From Octopus sinensis (taxonomy: Eukaryota): DNA of 64,000 nt. How positions within the stretch are numbered: the first letter of the stretch is position 1; each line of letters begins with the position of its first letter. The stretch is from contig NC_042999.1 in assembly GCF_006345805.1 (NCBI RefSeq), positions 39,618,001 to 39,682,000 of the forward strand, read 5' to 3'. This document shows, piece after piece, positions 1-13,418 of the stretch. Position numbers and translations under genes: made by a program. The notes under the pieces are model-generated. The model did not search any database, had not been told where the DNA came from, and saw only the letters and a list, made by a program, of their open reading frames with translations.

Positions 1-551
1 TTGCCGATTTTGACGTATTAGGTATCAAAAGATTCAATAATCAGTTGGCTACGAAATGAAGAATATTTGTTACACAACAGCTCTTCTTTACTACAAAAAC
101 AACCTCGGAAGCGAGGTCCGTTTGCATAAGGTCTGTAGCTAAGGGAGGCAACTCTGCCTGAACTATCTTAAAATACATGGAGTTTTATCAAGGAATGAAT
201 CTTCGAGGATATATTAGTATTCTTTAGTAGATAATCTTTTAATGTGGGTTACGTTTGTCTGAGTTTTTTTAGTCCAGAGTTGCCTCTGATGTAGTTATTT
301 TTTTCCTGAAATACTGTAAATCTAAGAGAGTTTGTGTTGTATATGTGTGTGTGTGTGTGTGCTTCTGTGTGTGTATGTTCCTTATGGATTCGGAAGCCGA
401 GCTGCTGATTTTGAGGTATGAAATGATTTAGTATTCTTCGGGCATTGATTATTTTTTCTTCCTGAAATGCTGTCTTTCTTTTGATGAGTGTGTTTTAAGA
501 GAGATTTGACTCCTATTTGAAGTAGCTCAAGTCATCACATAGACACCTGCG

Positions 552-621
<70 letters not shown>

Positions 622-1007
622 TGTGTGTGTGTGTGTTTCTTTGTTTGTTGTGGTGTAAAAATAGTTTATCTCAGAATATTTTGCAGAATAATTTTTTAAA
701 GAGATCTGGACATCTTTCTTACCATTAACCATTCAACTCCAAATTACAATTGTTAGTTGTTGGAAGTCAAGTAGACTGAGGTGTACGTATAGTGTTATCG
801 TATAGAGTGAAAGTCCAATACGAAGTTTTGAACTCATTATCTTTTGGGTAGTAATCCATTACCTTAAATTTGAAACCATCAAGTCTTCAAACATTATATT
901 ACTGGGTTTAGTGTTCGACTGTCACCATAATGAGGCATCACCTTCAAAAATCTAATTGATTATACTGGCCTCAGTACGTATTTCATTCTGGCATTTATTT
1001 TATAGAT

Positions 1008-1390
1008 GGGAAGCATTCCGTTGGTTACGACGACGAGGGTTCCGGGTGATCCGATCAACGGAACAGCCTGCTCGTGAAATTAACGTGTAAGTGGCTGAGC
1101 ACTCCACAGACACGTGTACCCTTAACGTAGTTCTCGGGGATATTCAGCGTGACACAGAGAGTGACAAGGCCGGCCCTTTGAAATACAGGTACAAGAGAAA
1201 CAGGAAGTAAGAGTGAGAGAAAGTTGTGGAGAAAGAGTACAGCAGGGATCACCAACATCCCTGCCGGAGCCTCGTGGAGCTTTAGGTGTTTTCGCTCAAT
1301 AAACACTCACAACGCCCGGTCTGGGAATCGAAACCACGATCCCACGACCGCGAGTCCGCTGCCCTAACCACTGCGCCATTGCGCCTCCAC
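1008..1390 (-). mobile_element. tRNA(Arg)-head SINE (resembles octopus OR-type), family A, tail 1
   Basis: Minus strand begins GTGGAGGCGCAATGGCGCAGTGGTTAGGGCAGCGGACTCGCGGTC...GGTTTCGATTCCC (A/B boxes, TCG anticodon position). Near-identical to 9319-9708. TTTTATAGAT is repeated at 998-1007 and 1397-1406 (possible TSD). Confidence 0.9.
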
Positions 1391-1509
1391 CGGCGCTTTT
1401 ATAGATATTTGCCTGACAAACAGCTAACTCTCAAGCAGAATGGGACGAAATACTCAATTTAACAAGAAATCTAAACACATGCACAAATACACAAATACAC
1501 ACATTAGAT

Positions 1510-1660
1510 GCAAGCATGAGAGTGTCATTGAGAATTTTGCTCCTCAACCACATGGTTCCACGTTCAATCACTACGCATGTTAACTTCGGCAAGTGTTTTC
1601 AACAATAGCCCTAGGCCAACCACATACTTCTGACTGAATTTGGTAGATGGAAACTGCAGC
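1510..1660 (+). mobile_element. Degenerate SINE, family B
   Basis: CAACCACATGGTTCC and ATTTGGTAGATGGAAACTG match the reverse complement of the 6062-6448 SINE. Confidence 0.65.
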
Positions 1661-1841
1661 GTTGTTCATCAGAATTTGACCTAAAAACTTGTTATAAAGA
1701 TGAGCTGTTTGCTTCATACACCTCGTGTGCTGATGCTAGCCATAAGGAATCTACAAATAATCAAATAATAAAACGTGTGTGTAGGGCATAAAACCAGGGC
1801 AACACCAGGGTGTAGTGCTAATGTATATATATATATAATAT

Positions 1842-1890
<49 letters not shown>

Positions 1891-1893
<3 letters not shown>

Positions 1894-2192
1894 ATGATCA
1901 CGTGACCGACCAGACCATCAGATGTTGCTACACATCGCTGGTCACAATGCGTTCGCATTGTTTTAGCCTTCGAACGACGCCACCCCGCTGGCTAAGCGAG
2001 CAGGCCAACAGAAGAAAGAGTGGGAGAAAGAGCGGTGAAAAAGTACAGCAGGGATCACCACCCCCTGCCGGAGCCTCGTGGAGCTATTTAGGTGTTTTCG
2101 CTCAATAAACACACACAACGCCCGGTCTAGGAATCGAAACCGCGATCCTCCGACCGCGAGTCCGCTGCCCTAACCACCGGGCCATTGCGCCT

Positions 2193-2196
<4 letters not shown>
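1891..2196 (-). mobile_element. tRNA(Arg)-head SINE, family A head/core with a different 3' tail
   Basis: ~2015-2196 aligns with ~1205-1390. 1891-2010 is unrelated to the tail of that copy. Inserted between (TA)n and (CA)n. Confidence 0.88.
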
Positions 2197-2250
<54 letters not shown>

Positions 2251-2638
2251 TATTCAAAGGATTTCCAAATCTTTCTAGTGTTTTTCTTTTATTTATATTC
2301 TTTATAATATCAATGTAGAATATAGAATATATAGTATAAATAGTATATATAGGAAAATGAAATCAAGTACTGATTGTCTTATTGAATAGATGAAATATTG
2401 AATATCAACTATTAAGGGACTAGTATACTTTCTTGCATTTAAGCAGTCTTCTAGGTCCCATGCTATGACAGGAATGTTTCAACTGTAGTTGACTGACTTT
2501 TGTCCTTTATATACGTTCTTGTAGAGAAGAACGTAGTAGTTGTCTGGCTATGTTTAGAAATGATGCCAAATCATTTTTCAATGTTTATCTTTAGAAATGA
2601 CGACAGCAGTACTTTTAAGGGATTTTTGTGTGTTTTAC

Positions 2639-2912
2639 TTATAGATATAAGATTTTTGAACCCCCCAAAAGATTAATGTCGTCTTTGTTAAGCTTGGGTT
2701 TGAATTTCTTAATAAAATCCTTTTCTCTTAGTTTTCTCTTAATTTCATTAAGGTTGTAAAGTTCATGAAATGGGAATATCACAAAAGTTTTCCGACCACA
2801 TGTTGCCAGATGGTTGCTCGGTTGTATTTGGCGGACTTCTGGGTTTTTGATTTGTTGCCGATGCACACGTAAGCGTTCTGATAGTGCATTACCTGTCTGG
2901 CTAACATACTGC
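2639..2912 (-). pseudogene. Penelope-like element 3' fragment: C-terminal GIY-YIG endonuclease
   Basis: Reading upstream of ORF 2639-2866 gives YVSQTGNALSERLRVHRQQIK...NHLATC...KLREKDFIKKFKPKLN, matching the YIGxT..L..R...H and E..FI......LN pattern. The putative 3'UTR runs to (TA)n near 2250. Confidence 0.8.
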
Positions 2913-4560
2913 TAACCCATAGATAATTAAAGTGGAACGTTAATGACAACCCCGTACTTGTGTTATCCTATCCTGTTATTCTTTCTCCAAACCAAATTTA
3001 GAATTTTTAATTTACCTGAAAATCATGCTTTATTTATTCATGGTGTCGAATTATTCATCCATAAAAGAACGTGCATGAAACGGTTGTAGCGAACCTTAAA
3101 CCCATTTGTGCTCTTCTTTTATATAAACACCATATCTGGATCATTCCCTATATTGACTCTAGAACTGACATGGGATCATGAAACTGCACGCCGGTGTGCT
3201 TAGGTACACAATTTCATGTACATGTATAGATATACGTATGTGTATATTTGTGTTTATGTGAAAGTGTATGTATACGTCTGCATATGCATGGCTATATACG
3301 GCTGTAAGTGTATATGGTATATAAACGGGTGTGTATATCTAAAACCACGCTTGGTGTCCTTCATTTTAAAATAGCGTGATTCAAACGGATCCTAAATAAT
3401 ATTAATAATACTACTGGTAATAATATATACATATACACATACACGCGCGCGCTCACACAGACTTTCACATGTGTATGTATATGTGTATGTATGTATGTAT
3501 TTATATATGTATGTATTTATGTTTCTATTTATATATCCGTATTACCATCCATTCATAAACATGTGAATCTCCTAGTGTCAATATCAATCTCGCCTCGGCA
3601 CCGGAATCAAAAGCTCTAAACTAGCAGTGGGCTCAATCAAATCTTCCAAGACTTTAACTATGAAATATGATTGGAAACTTTGCCTCTATGTCTTCAATAC
3701 GAATTGATTGTAATATAAGTAAACACACAACTGAAAGATTGAAATAAACAGTAATCATTATGCCCGCTAAATATAGAAATCGAATTTCGTTAAAATCACG
3801 TACTAAAGGTTTAACGATTGAAGGAAGCGGTGATAATGGATTCTTATACTTGGTTAAAAAAAGAAAATCAAAACAAAAAATGAGTCTGTCATGGTTTAAA
3901 TGCTTTTTATCCCATATATTATATAAGAGTCATTTTGTGTTAAAGAACAAATACATATATATACGTATGGCACAATATAAATTAGAATCAAACAATTATA
4001 ACGCCGTTATGTCTATTACAAGGCGGAGGGCAGTTTTATTTTGAATACGTAATGATATTTCATTGCGTGCGTTCATTTGTGGTTGCAAATATATCATGTT
4101 TCATTTGCGACGTTATTTCTTATTATAAGATTATTATTAGAAAACTGGATAATCTGTTTGGTTTATCAAGCAGACGACATCCGTCAGCTGACATATAAGG
4201 CATTACGTCAATAGCGAAAATACTGTTCTTTCGGTCACTGCCATTTCAGATAATAGTTAGGGTTTCTGTCATGTTAACTCTTATACAAACTCAAAAGTCT
4301 CTTTCATTCTCACGACAAGATAAAATTTAGAATGATTGTTTACCTTGGCAACGATTGCATAAAATCCTTGTAACTCAGATATATGTCACATATTACCAAT
4401 ATACGTCAAATGGATATGATTTACGATTTTCAAAACGAATTATTTCTTGCATTTCTGTAATTGTTATAATGCAATAATTTAACCAATGATACGTTTCTCT
4501 ATCTCATATTGCATTGTTAAGGAGAAAAATAGGATGGTGAAGTGACAGAAATACTTTTAA

Positions 4561-5815
4561 CTTGGTTGGCAAGAAAGTAATTTTGGTTTGTTAGTGTGAA
4601 ATAAAAGTCATCTCTTCTCATGCAAGGAATGAAGTTTAATCAAGTACATATTTTCCATTTGGTTCGATTACCTTTTGTTGTCTTTCTGGCAACTTTATGA
4701 TACCATGCTCATAGGAATTCTGGTCCTTGTCAGCCAAAAGCTGAAGCATGAGCGACTTCAAGTGATTATCATTATTGAAAGTCTTATCATTCAAAGAATT
4801 TTGCAAACTTAGAAATATATAGTAGTCTGATGGTGCGAAGTCAGGGCTATGATATGAATGTGACATCACTTTTCAACCTAGCTCCAATAATTTTCTCGAG
4901 TTAGTAAAGACGTCTGTTGTGTAGCGTTGTCATGGTGGAACACTATTCCCTTACGATTTGCCAATTCTGGCCGTTTTTCTTTGATCGATTCCTCAAGTTT
5001 CATTAGTTGTTCACAGTAAACATCTGAATTTATCATTTAGTTTCTTGGAAGCAGCTCAAAATACACTAAAATCCCACCAAATTGACAGCATATGTCTTTT
5101 TGATTCAATTCAGCTTACGATGTGGTTTGTGCTGGCTCATTACACTTGGACCATGATCGTCTTCGATTCATGTTATTGTAGACAATACACATTTCATCTC
5201 CTGTGACGATTCGTTTATATAAATGTCAATTCCATTGCGTTTGAGATGTGTATCTCAAATATTGATTCGCTTTTAAGTGAATCTCAACTTATGTGGAACC
5301 CAAATTTAGAGCTTCTTAATGAATGAGTCCAAGATATTTTAAGTGATTTTCAATTGTTGTGTGTGAAACATTTAACGTCTCTGAAATACCTCACACAGAT
5401 ATATCACAATCAGACTTCATTCGGTCATCATCAACTTGAGTAGGTCGACCAGAACGTTGGTCATCTTTGAGTGAAAAATCTCCAGAATGGAATTTTTACA
5501 CCATTTCTAATACGTGCGTCATGTTAAGCAATCAACACCATAAACTTCATGTGTCTCTTTGCGATCATCGGCAACTTTCGCGCCTTTACGGAAACCAAAT
5601 AGCAAAATATGTCGAAAATGTTCGTATTTGTACTCCGTTTTAAAATTGACACTGAACTAACAGCTGTAAGCAAAATTAAGCGCAATTTGCTTCTAAAGTA
5701 AGATAAAAGTAACGGTTATTAAATGTGGAAAGGGAAAATAATAAACTTACAAAATTCAATAAAAAAATCGTTACTCAATTTGCGAAAAACTAAATAATTT
5801 CTTGTCAACCCAATA
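4561..5815 (-). mobile_element. Decayed full-length mariner (DD34D) transposon
   Basis: Imperfect TIRs: TTGGTTGGCAAGAAAGTAATT at 4562 and its approximate reverse complement at ~5794-5815. Length ~1.25 kb. ORF 4636-4869 has HSPDFAPSDYYIFLSLQNSL (YSPDLAPSD motif). N-terminal EHFRHILLFGFRKG reads near 5590-5630. Confidence 0.92.
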
Positions 5816-5826
5816 CATATAAGAGT

Positions 5827-5950
5827 AAGGTGGCAAGCTGCAGAATCGTAACCACGCCGACGTTTCTTCCAACATCACGTTCTGAGTTCAAATGCCACCG
5901 TGATCGACCTTGTTTTTAATCCTTTCGGAGTCGATCAAATAAGAAACAGC
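5827..5950 (+). mobile_element. Degenerate SINE, family C
   Basis: AAGGTGGCAAGCTGCAGAATCGTAACC...GTTCTGAGTTCAAATGCC is shared with 29549-29760. Confidence 0.7.
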
Positions 5951-6029
5951 TGAATCTTCGAGTTCAATTGTTTCACAATCTCTTCGAATTTCTTGCTAGC
6001 CCCTGTAAGTCAGATTATAGCTTTCTCTT

Positions 6030-6061
<32 letters not shown>

Positions 6062-6064
<3 letters not shown>

Positions 6065-6445
6065 TCTGTTACTCTTTTACTCTTTTACTTGTTTCAGTCA
6101 TTTAGTCGAACCTTTAGTCGAGCAAATCGACCCCGAGACTTATTCTTTGTAAGCCCAGTACTTATTCTATCGGTCTCTTTTGCCGAACCGCTAAGTGACG
6201 GGGACGTAAACACACCAGGAACGGTTGTCAAGCAATGCTACGGGGACAAACACACATACACAAACACACACACATACACATATATATATATGCATATATA
6301 CGACAGGCTTCTTTCAGTTTCCGTCTACCAAATCCACTCAAAAGGCATTGGTCGGCCCGGGGCCATAGCAGATGCCACGCAGTGGGACTGGACCCGGAAC
6401 CATGTGGTTGGTTAGCAAGCTACTTACTACACAGCCACTCCTGCG

Positions 6446-6448
<3 letters not shown>
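6062..6448 (-). mobile_element. tRNA-head SINE, family B
   Basis: Minus strand begins AGGCGCAGGAGTGGCTGTGTAGTAAG...GGTCCAGTCCC. It has an internal CA/TA microsatellite and an (AAAGAGTA)n tail, and sits in (TA)n. Confidence 0.88.
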
Positions 6449-6480
<32 letters not shown>

Positions 6481-7297
6481 TTATATACATTCATATATGT
6501 TTCGGGTTTTTGAAAGTATAGCGTATAGCATTTGGTGTCTGATGTTTATCAGAATGCAACGCAATTAGATGTTATCACGAATGAATTTTGTACCTCTTGA
6601 TAGTAAGCTTACGTAATATTACATACAATTACATAATATGTATAATACATGTTTGAGTAATACATAATTGATTTGAATCCATTACTGATGTGAAAATGCA
6701 GCATACTATGAAAGCATCATGGAGAAAGAGAGAAAGAGATAGAGCAACTACTTTGCTGAAGTTACGAGATACTGTTGTTTTGAGACACCACTGATATAGT
6801 CATTTCAAATCTCTATGGAAGGCGAGACTTATTTCAGGAACGATCTTTGTACTGTGGAATAAATACGCTGATAGACAGGCAAATATAATGCAAACTTTAC
6901 ATAATTCGTCGCTAGCAATTCAGCTATGACACTTACGAGTCCCAGTCTATAGTGACTAATGAGCAAGCAGTTGGAAAGAGATGAGTCTGGGGATGTGCCT
7001 AATAAATACTCTTTACTCTTTACTCTTTTACCTTGTGTCCACAGTTTATGCTAATATTGTTTGATTGCAATACTTCATTAGAATGATATAATTGGAGCTT
7101 CGTGTTCCATAGTGATATATTATACTTTACAAAATCTGAAATCACAGGAGAAATTTTGAAAATGTCCAGCGATTTCAGAATCCACGAATGTGGTATGATG
7201 TCAAAGGCTTTTTTATAATCAATCCATGAAGAGCTGAGATTTCTGCGCTTATGACAGTTCTCAAGGATTCAAGGATCATGCGATTAATTAGGAGCTT

Positions 7298-7455
<158 letters not shown>

Positions 7456-7754
7456 TTTGACTTTTGATTTGTATTTGTACAAGGTGGCTCTAAGTCTCAC
7501 TAGAGACTGCAAGAGAGGACAGTTAGAAGTTCATGTTGGTGTTATGCCTAGGGTGTCATATATTTGGTTTTGTACATAGCATCTATCTATCTAACTATCT
7601 ATCTATCTATCTATCTATCTATGTACGTAACTATCTATCTATCTATCAATGTATCTCCCTCTCTCTCTTTCTCTTTCTCTCTCTCTATATATATACATGT
7701 ATATCTATATGTGTGTGTGTGTGTGTACGTTTGTATATGTAAGTATTCCTATGT

Positions 7755-7785
<31 letters not shown>

Positions 7786-7802
7786 ATTTATGTGGTGTGT
7801 AT

Positions 7803-7860
7803 ATTCCACTGATGGGACCAAGCATTTCTTATGCAGACCCAGAAATCAGGGATCTGGAAT
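7803..7860 (+). ncRNA. Degenerate hammerhead ribozyme-like motif
   Basis: ATTCCA-CTGATGG...GAAA-TC-AGG-GA-TC-TGGAAT: 6-bp stem I and a short stem III. The core reads CUGAUGG rather than CUGANGA and stem II is poor. Confidence 0.45.
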
Positions 7861-8229
7861 TATCTAGTAATTGTTTTGTTAGTATATTTTGTCCTTTGGT
7901 CTACTCTCCTGGTGCTGTATGAACTTTTAATGTGGTTTTAGAGTCACGTTTTGGTTGCTATTCCAAGCATGGTGGTATCTCCTAGATCCCCTAAATTATA
8001 ATTTTATATATATGTACATACATATCAATATATATAACAGGAAAATTCTGTCTGTTTGCCCCTCAAAGAAAACCTAAAACCAGACAACACCTGGCTATGA
8101 TTTTCTTCTTTCTCTATTTGTCTATTTTCTCCACTCTTTCTTTCTCTCTCGTTCTTTCTCTTTCTCTTCTTTTCTAGGTGAAAGGAAACCTCCAATTGAT
8201 GAAGAACAATTTCTTGCACTCAATCTAAT

Positions 8230-8890
8230 ATGTAAATCAACTCATTCCGTCAATGATTTGGTTGATGAAATAATTCCTTATCTTCTTCATAATTACAACA
8301 ATACTGATTAGATCTGTGAGTGAGCTTTCCTGTCTCCAAAAAATGTTGCAGTGCATAGTATTGATAATATGATACTGAAAAGGTTCCGGGAGAAATAATA
8401 AATTATAACTCAATTGACAATGTTGTTGATAATGAGGATAGTGTTGACTACCTCATCGAAATTTTGAAATCACTAGAACCACCAGGTACATCTCCTTATT
8501 GTTTTCACTCGGAAAATGGGATTCCTATTATGCTGTTGCGTATGTTGTCTCAAACATAATTATGCGGTGGTACAAGAGTAATTGTGCACAAACTTGTGAA
8601 GAACTGCAGTGAGGCAAATATTCTCACTGGTTGTGGTAAAGATGACACCATCTTCATTCCTTGCATACCAGTTATACCACCTAACGTCCCATTACAATTT
8701 AAACGGTTACAGTTTTCTATCTGATTTACTTTTGCCATAAGCATTATTAAGTCAGGGCCAAACACCAAAAGTTGCAGGATTGCAACTTCAAGAACCATTC
8801 TTTTCACATGGTTAACGTTACGTAGTAGCATCACGTCTGGGATCAACAGCAAAATCTTTTTTCTCATTCACCGCAAAATAACACAAAATA
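8230..8890 (+). pseudogene. Helitron PIF1-like helicase C-terminal remnant
   Basis: Translation around 8520-8760: GIPIMLLRMLSQT*LCGGTRVIV...ILTGCGKDDTIFIPCIPVIPPNVPLQFKRLQFSI*FTFAISIIKS(frameshift)GQT, matching the MLLRNL..LCNGTRL..FKRLQFP..FAMTINKSQGQT motifs with stops. Confidence 0.9.
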
Positions 8891-9194
8891 TATTGTTTAG
8901 AAAGAAATATTCACTCTTAATGCCACATGAATACTTCAATAACTCTGTCTACCATTACTATCATTACATTCAAGAATGAGTAAATTACTTAATTCAACTA
9001 ACTATATTATATAATTGCCATTACTGTATTGATAAATATAATGAAAACATAAAATAGCTATTGTCATATAATAAACAAACATAAGTTCATGTATAAAGAT
9101 CGCCGCTTTCAAGAGATCAGGCAGCTTTTAAAACTCAGTGAAGAGAGGGCTCCAGTCGAGGAAGAACAGTTTATTTCATCCGATGCAGTATATA

Positions 9195-10200
9195 AATCAA
9201 GTGATTCGAGGATTTGATGTATGAAACCTTTCCTAATCTTCTTCATGATTTCAACAATACAGATTACATCGGTGACAGAATTATCTTGCCTCCAAAAACT
9301 GTTCTTCTACATACCATTGGATGGATGGAAGCACTCCGTCGGTCCGACGACGAGGGTTCCGGTTGATCCGATCAACGGAAGAGCCTGCTCATGAAATTAA
9401 CGCGTAAGTGGCTGAGCACTCCACAGACACGTGTACCCTTAACGTAGTTCTCGGGGATATTCAGCGTGACACAGAGAGTGACAAGGCCGGCCCTTTGAAA
9501 TACAGGCACAACAGAAACAGGAAGTAAGAGTGAGAGAAAGTTGTGGTGAAAGAGTACAGCAGGGATCACCAACAACCCCTGCCGGAGCCTCGTGGAGCTT
9601 TAGGTGTCTTCGCTCAATAAACACTCAAAACGCCCGATCTGGAAATCGAAACCGCGATCCTACGACCGCGAGTCCGCTGCCCTAACCACTGGGCCATTGC
9701 GCCTCCACACATACCATTAATAATATGCTATTGAATAAACTTCCAGACGTCTTCATTTATAACTCAATTGACAGTGTTGTTAATGATCATGATAATGCCA
9801 ACTACCCTATCGAATTCCTTAATTCACTAAAACCACCAGCTCCTCATTGTCTCCCGTTAAAGAGGCACCTATTATGTTATTACATATTTACCTCAACCAA
9901 AGTTATGCAATGGCACAAGGTTAATTGTGCACAAACATTCGCACCGTTTGTAGTAAAGGCTTATGTACCCCGAAATAAAATAAAAAACATTGTTCATAAA
10001 GAAATATTCATTCTAAATGAAAGATGAATACCTCAATAACTTCATTTACCATTACTATAATTACATTCAAGAATGAGTAAATTACCTAGTTCAATGAACT
10101 GTATCTTATAATTGTCATTACTGTACTGATACATAAAATGACACATACATCTCACTTATTATTGTCATGTAATAAACAAACAGAATTTCATGTATAGAAA
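9195..10200 (+). pseudogene. Second, internally deleted Helitron helicase remnant (paralog of 8230-9095), interrupted by a SINE
   Basis: YNSIDSVVNDHDNANYPIEFLNSLKPP in ORF 9725-10027. Downstream 10030-10200 aligns with 8930-9095. Confidence 0.85.
9319..9708 (-). mobile_element. tRNA(Arg)-head SINE, family A, with 10-bp TSD
   Basis: Near-identical to 1008-1390. ACATACCATT at 9309-9318 and 9709-9718. (TCCA)n tail on the minus strand. Confidence 0.93.
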
Positions 10201-10414
10201 TGAATTGTTTTCTACTTCAATTATTAGATGGTTTTCTCTTATAAAAATACAAACGTACAGGAGGAGTAAATTATACTTATAATAGTACTTTCAATGTAGC
10301 TCCTGATAAACAGTAAAAGTAATTACTTTATTACTTTATTTAATGCTAGTATATATAATATATATATATATATATATACTAGCATTAGATAAAGTAATAA
10401 AGTAATTACTTTTA

Positions 10415-10465
<51 letters not shown>

Positions 10466-11167
10466 AATATATACACACATACACACACACGTATATATAT
10501 ATATATATATAGATATATACATAGATTCCTTCATTGTATTTAAAGTAAATAAAAAATCTCACGGAATATTTTGAAACGATTTATTTTTATAGATGCAAAT
10601 ACTTATGTAAATATACACAACTACATACATGTTTGAATACACATATACAATATAAATGACGTGTTATATAAATGTTAAATTCAAAGGAAGCTATTGCAGA
10701 CGCAGTTATAATTACAACATAAAATATTTCAGCTGGAATAGAGAATAAAAAAATCCACGTAAAATATTGCACATATGTGCATATGTATGAGTGTTTCAAT
10801 GCGCGTAGGTTAGGCCGATAAGTGTAGGTTGGTACAAATGTACTGTATATCAATGTATGGATGCCATTGTTTACGTAACAATAATGCATAATTTCACAGC
10901 ATGTCATTCCACATTGTTTGATCTGCAAATGCGACGCATTGTTTTGCGTTGCAATAATATTCAATGATTACACTTACGTTCTCACAGGAAATGAATAGCA
11001 TGGAGTTGTTTATATATAGGATACTAATAATTGAATAAAATTAAAGGAGTTGCATTCCTTAGGAAAATAGGAGGTCGGTGGAAAATCATAAAAATTTTAA
11101 GTATGCTTGTATTTTATATGATAAACAAACATTGCTCCGTAATTACAAGATGATACATACATACATT

Positions 11168-11202
<35 letters not shown>

Positions 11203-11550
11203 GTATATTCAGTGAAGAAGAATTCTGTTGAATGGGAAATACTTAAGAAAAAAACAATAAAAATTTAATTTCCCAAAATAAATTAATAAAAAACACACAT
11301 AAAAATGAATAATCAAAAACATAAAAGTAAAGAAATATTATAAAAATATAAATTTACACAAACTATAGAAATAAAGTTAATGAGAAGATCAGCAAAAATA
11401 TGAAAGATGAAACGTGAGTTTTTAATAAAATTATGTTTGGACAAAGTATCTTATTTTGAAATATTGAAATATCCGTTCTTTAATAAAATTATATTTCTAT
11501 GATTTTCTTCTTATTCTTATAGTAATCTTCATCTTTGTCAACATTACAGT

Positions 11551-11647
11551 TATCATCATCATCATCATCATTCCCTTCATGATCTCCTTCATCGCCATCA
11601 TCAACGTTGTCATCGTCATCGTCGTTGTCATCCTCGTCGTCGTCATC

Positions 11648-11679
<32 letters not shown>

Positions 11680-11685
11680 CATCAG

Positions 11686-11741
<56 letters not shown>

Positions 11742-11796
11742 CATCATCATCATCATCATCATCAGCATCATCATCATCATCATCATCATCATCATT

Positions 11797-11828
<32 letters not shown>

Positions 11829-11831
11829 TAC

Positions 11832-11882
<51 letters not shown>

Positions 11883-11883
11883 T

Positions 11884-11921
<38 letters not shown>

Positions 11922-12030
11922 CACTGTTGTCGTACTCGCCGTCATTATCATCATCGCCATCGTCGTAATCGTCTCTCGTCATCATCATCACTATCGTTGT
12001 CTTCATCATCATCATCATCATCATCTTTAT
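11551..12030. repeat. (TCA)n/(TCG)n trinucleotide tract
   Basis: Visible run; source of the poly-D/H/S/M ORFs. Confidence 0.95.
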
Positions 12031-12329
12031 CATTTTGATCTTCACAATAGCACACCCACCACGACAACTATCATCACCACGATCCCCATGATACTGCTAT
12101 TAACAACACCACCACCACCGTCATCCCCACCAAAAAATCCCAGGAAGGACCCCCTACCTCCATCGTCATGAAAATCCTCATTCATTACCATTATCATCGC
12201 TGGGTTTATCATCGTCGTCTTTCTCTCATCATCATCATCTCGTCATCATCATTACTGGTGTTCTTATTATAACTCTTACTATTACTATCATCACTATCTT
12301 TTTAATTGCAGTTATTAAAATTATTATGA

Positions 12330-12720
12330 TTATTGCTATTATTGATCTTGATATTTCTCTTATTATGATAATATTATTATTATTATCATCAACATTATTA
12401 TTATTCCTTATTATTGCTATTATTCGTTTAATCGTTATTGAAATACTAAAAGTCGAATGATGTAGCATTATGAATAAAACAAATCATGATCATTATTAAA
12501 TATAGTATTAGAATCATAATTATTGTTATAATTCTTATCATTATTATTATTATTATCATCAACATTATTATTATTCCTTATTATTGCTATTATTGATCTT
12601 GATATTTCTCTTATTATGATAATATTATTATTATTATCATCAACATTATTATTATTCCTTATTATTGCTATTATTGATCTTGATATTTCTCTTATTATGA
12701 TAATATTATTATTATTATTT
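12330..12720. repeat. ~81-bp higher-order repeat built on (ATT)n
   Basis: TATTATCATCAACATTATTATTATTCCTTATTATTGCTATTATT recurs at 12381, 12551 and 12632. Confidence 0.8.
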
Positions 12721-13265
12721 TGATATCTATTATCTTCACGATCTTCACTAATATTTTTACCAAAATTGTAATTGTTATTATTGTTACTTTTATTGTTTAT
12801 ATTATATTTACATATTTATTTGTTTTATAATATTCAGATTTAATTTGTATCGAAAAAGTAGGAAAAATATAAGAGGAGATAATGAAACGAAATATGTAAA
12901 ACAAAAAGAATAAAGAAAATTTATTTCTATACGATTTCCTCTCTTGACAAATTACATAAAATTCAAAAGAAGCGCTACGAGTATGTGTTTATACGTTTTA
13001 ACAGAAGTACACGGTTGTATGTATACATGTATAAAGATAATACATTCATTTATACATGCATGTGTACATATGTATATACATATGTATATATATATATGTG
13101 TATATATATATATATATACATATATACATATATATATATACATATATACATATATATATATTATTATATATATGTGTGTGTGTGTAAATATATATTTATA
13201 TTATATAAATAAAAAATCATAAATACAAATATATAAATTCACACAGATACATACATACACATACA

Positions 13266-13342
<77 letters not shown>

Positions 13343-13345
13343 TAT

Positions 13346-13418
<73 letters not shown>

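Noticed and set aside
1-540. Possible coding remnant with an 11-bp inverted repeat (146-156 / 276-286)
   Set aside because: No identifiable motif; truncated by the window edge.
1310-1390. tRNA gene
   Set aside because: The tRNA-like sequence is a SINE head joined to a repeated body, and no acceptor stem is evident.
1794-1824. Possible Helitron 3' hairpin and CTAG-like end
   Set aside because: Hairpin is imperfect and the terminus reads CTAA; insufficient support.
2461-2495. Minus-strand GAAACATTCCTGTC, half hammerhead in the PLE 3'UTR
   Set aside because: No matching CTGANGA or stem I partner found upstream.
11497-12045. Poly-Asp/His/Ser/Met ORFs
   Set aside because: All frames of a (TCA)n tract; no sign of a real coding sequence.
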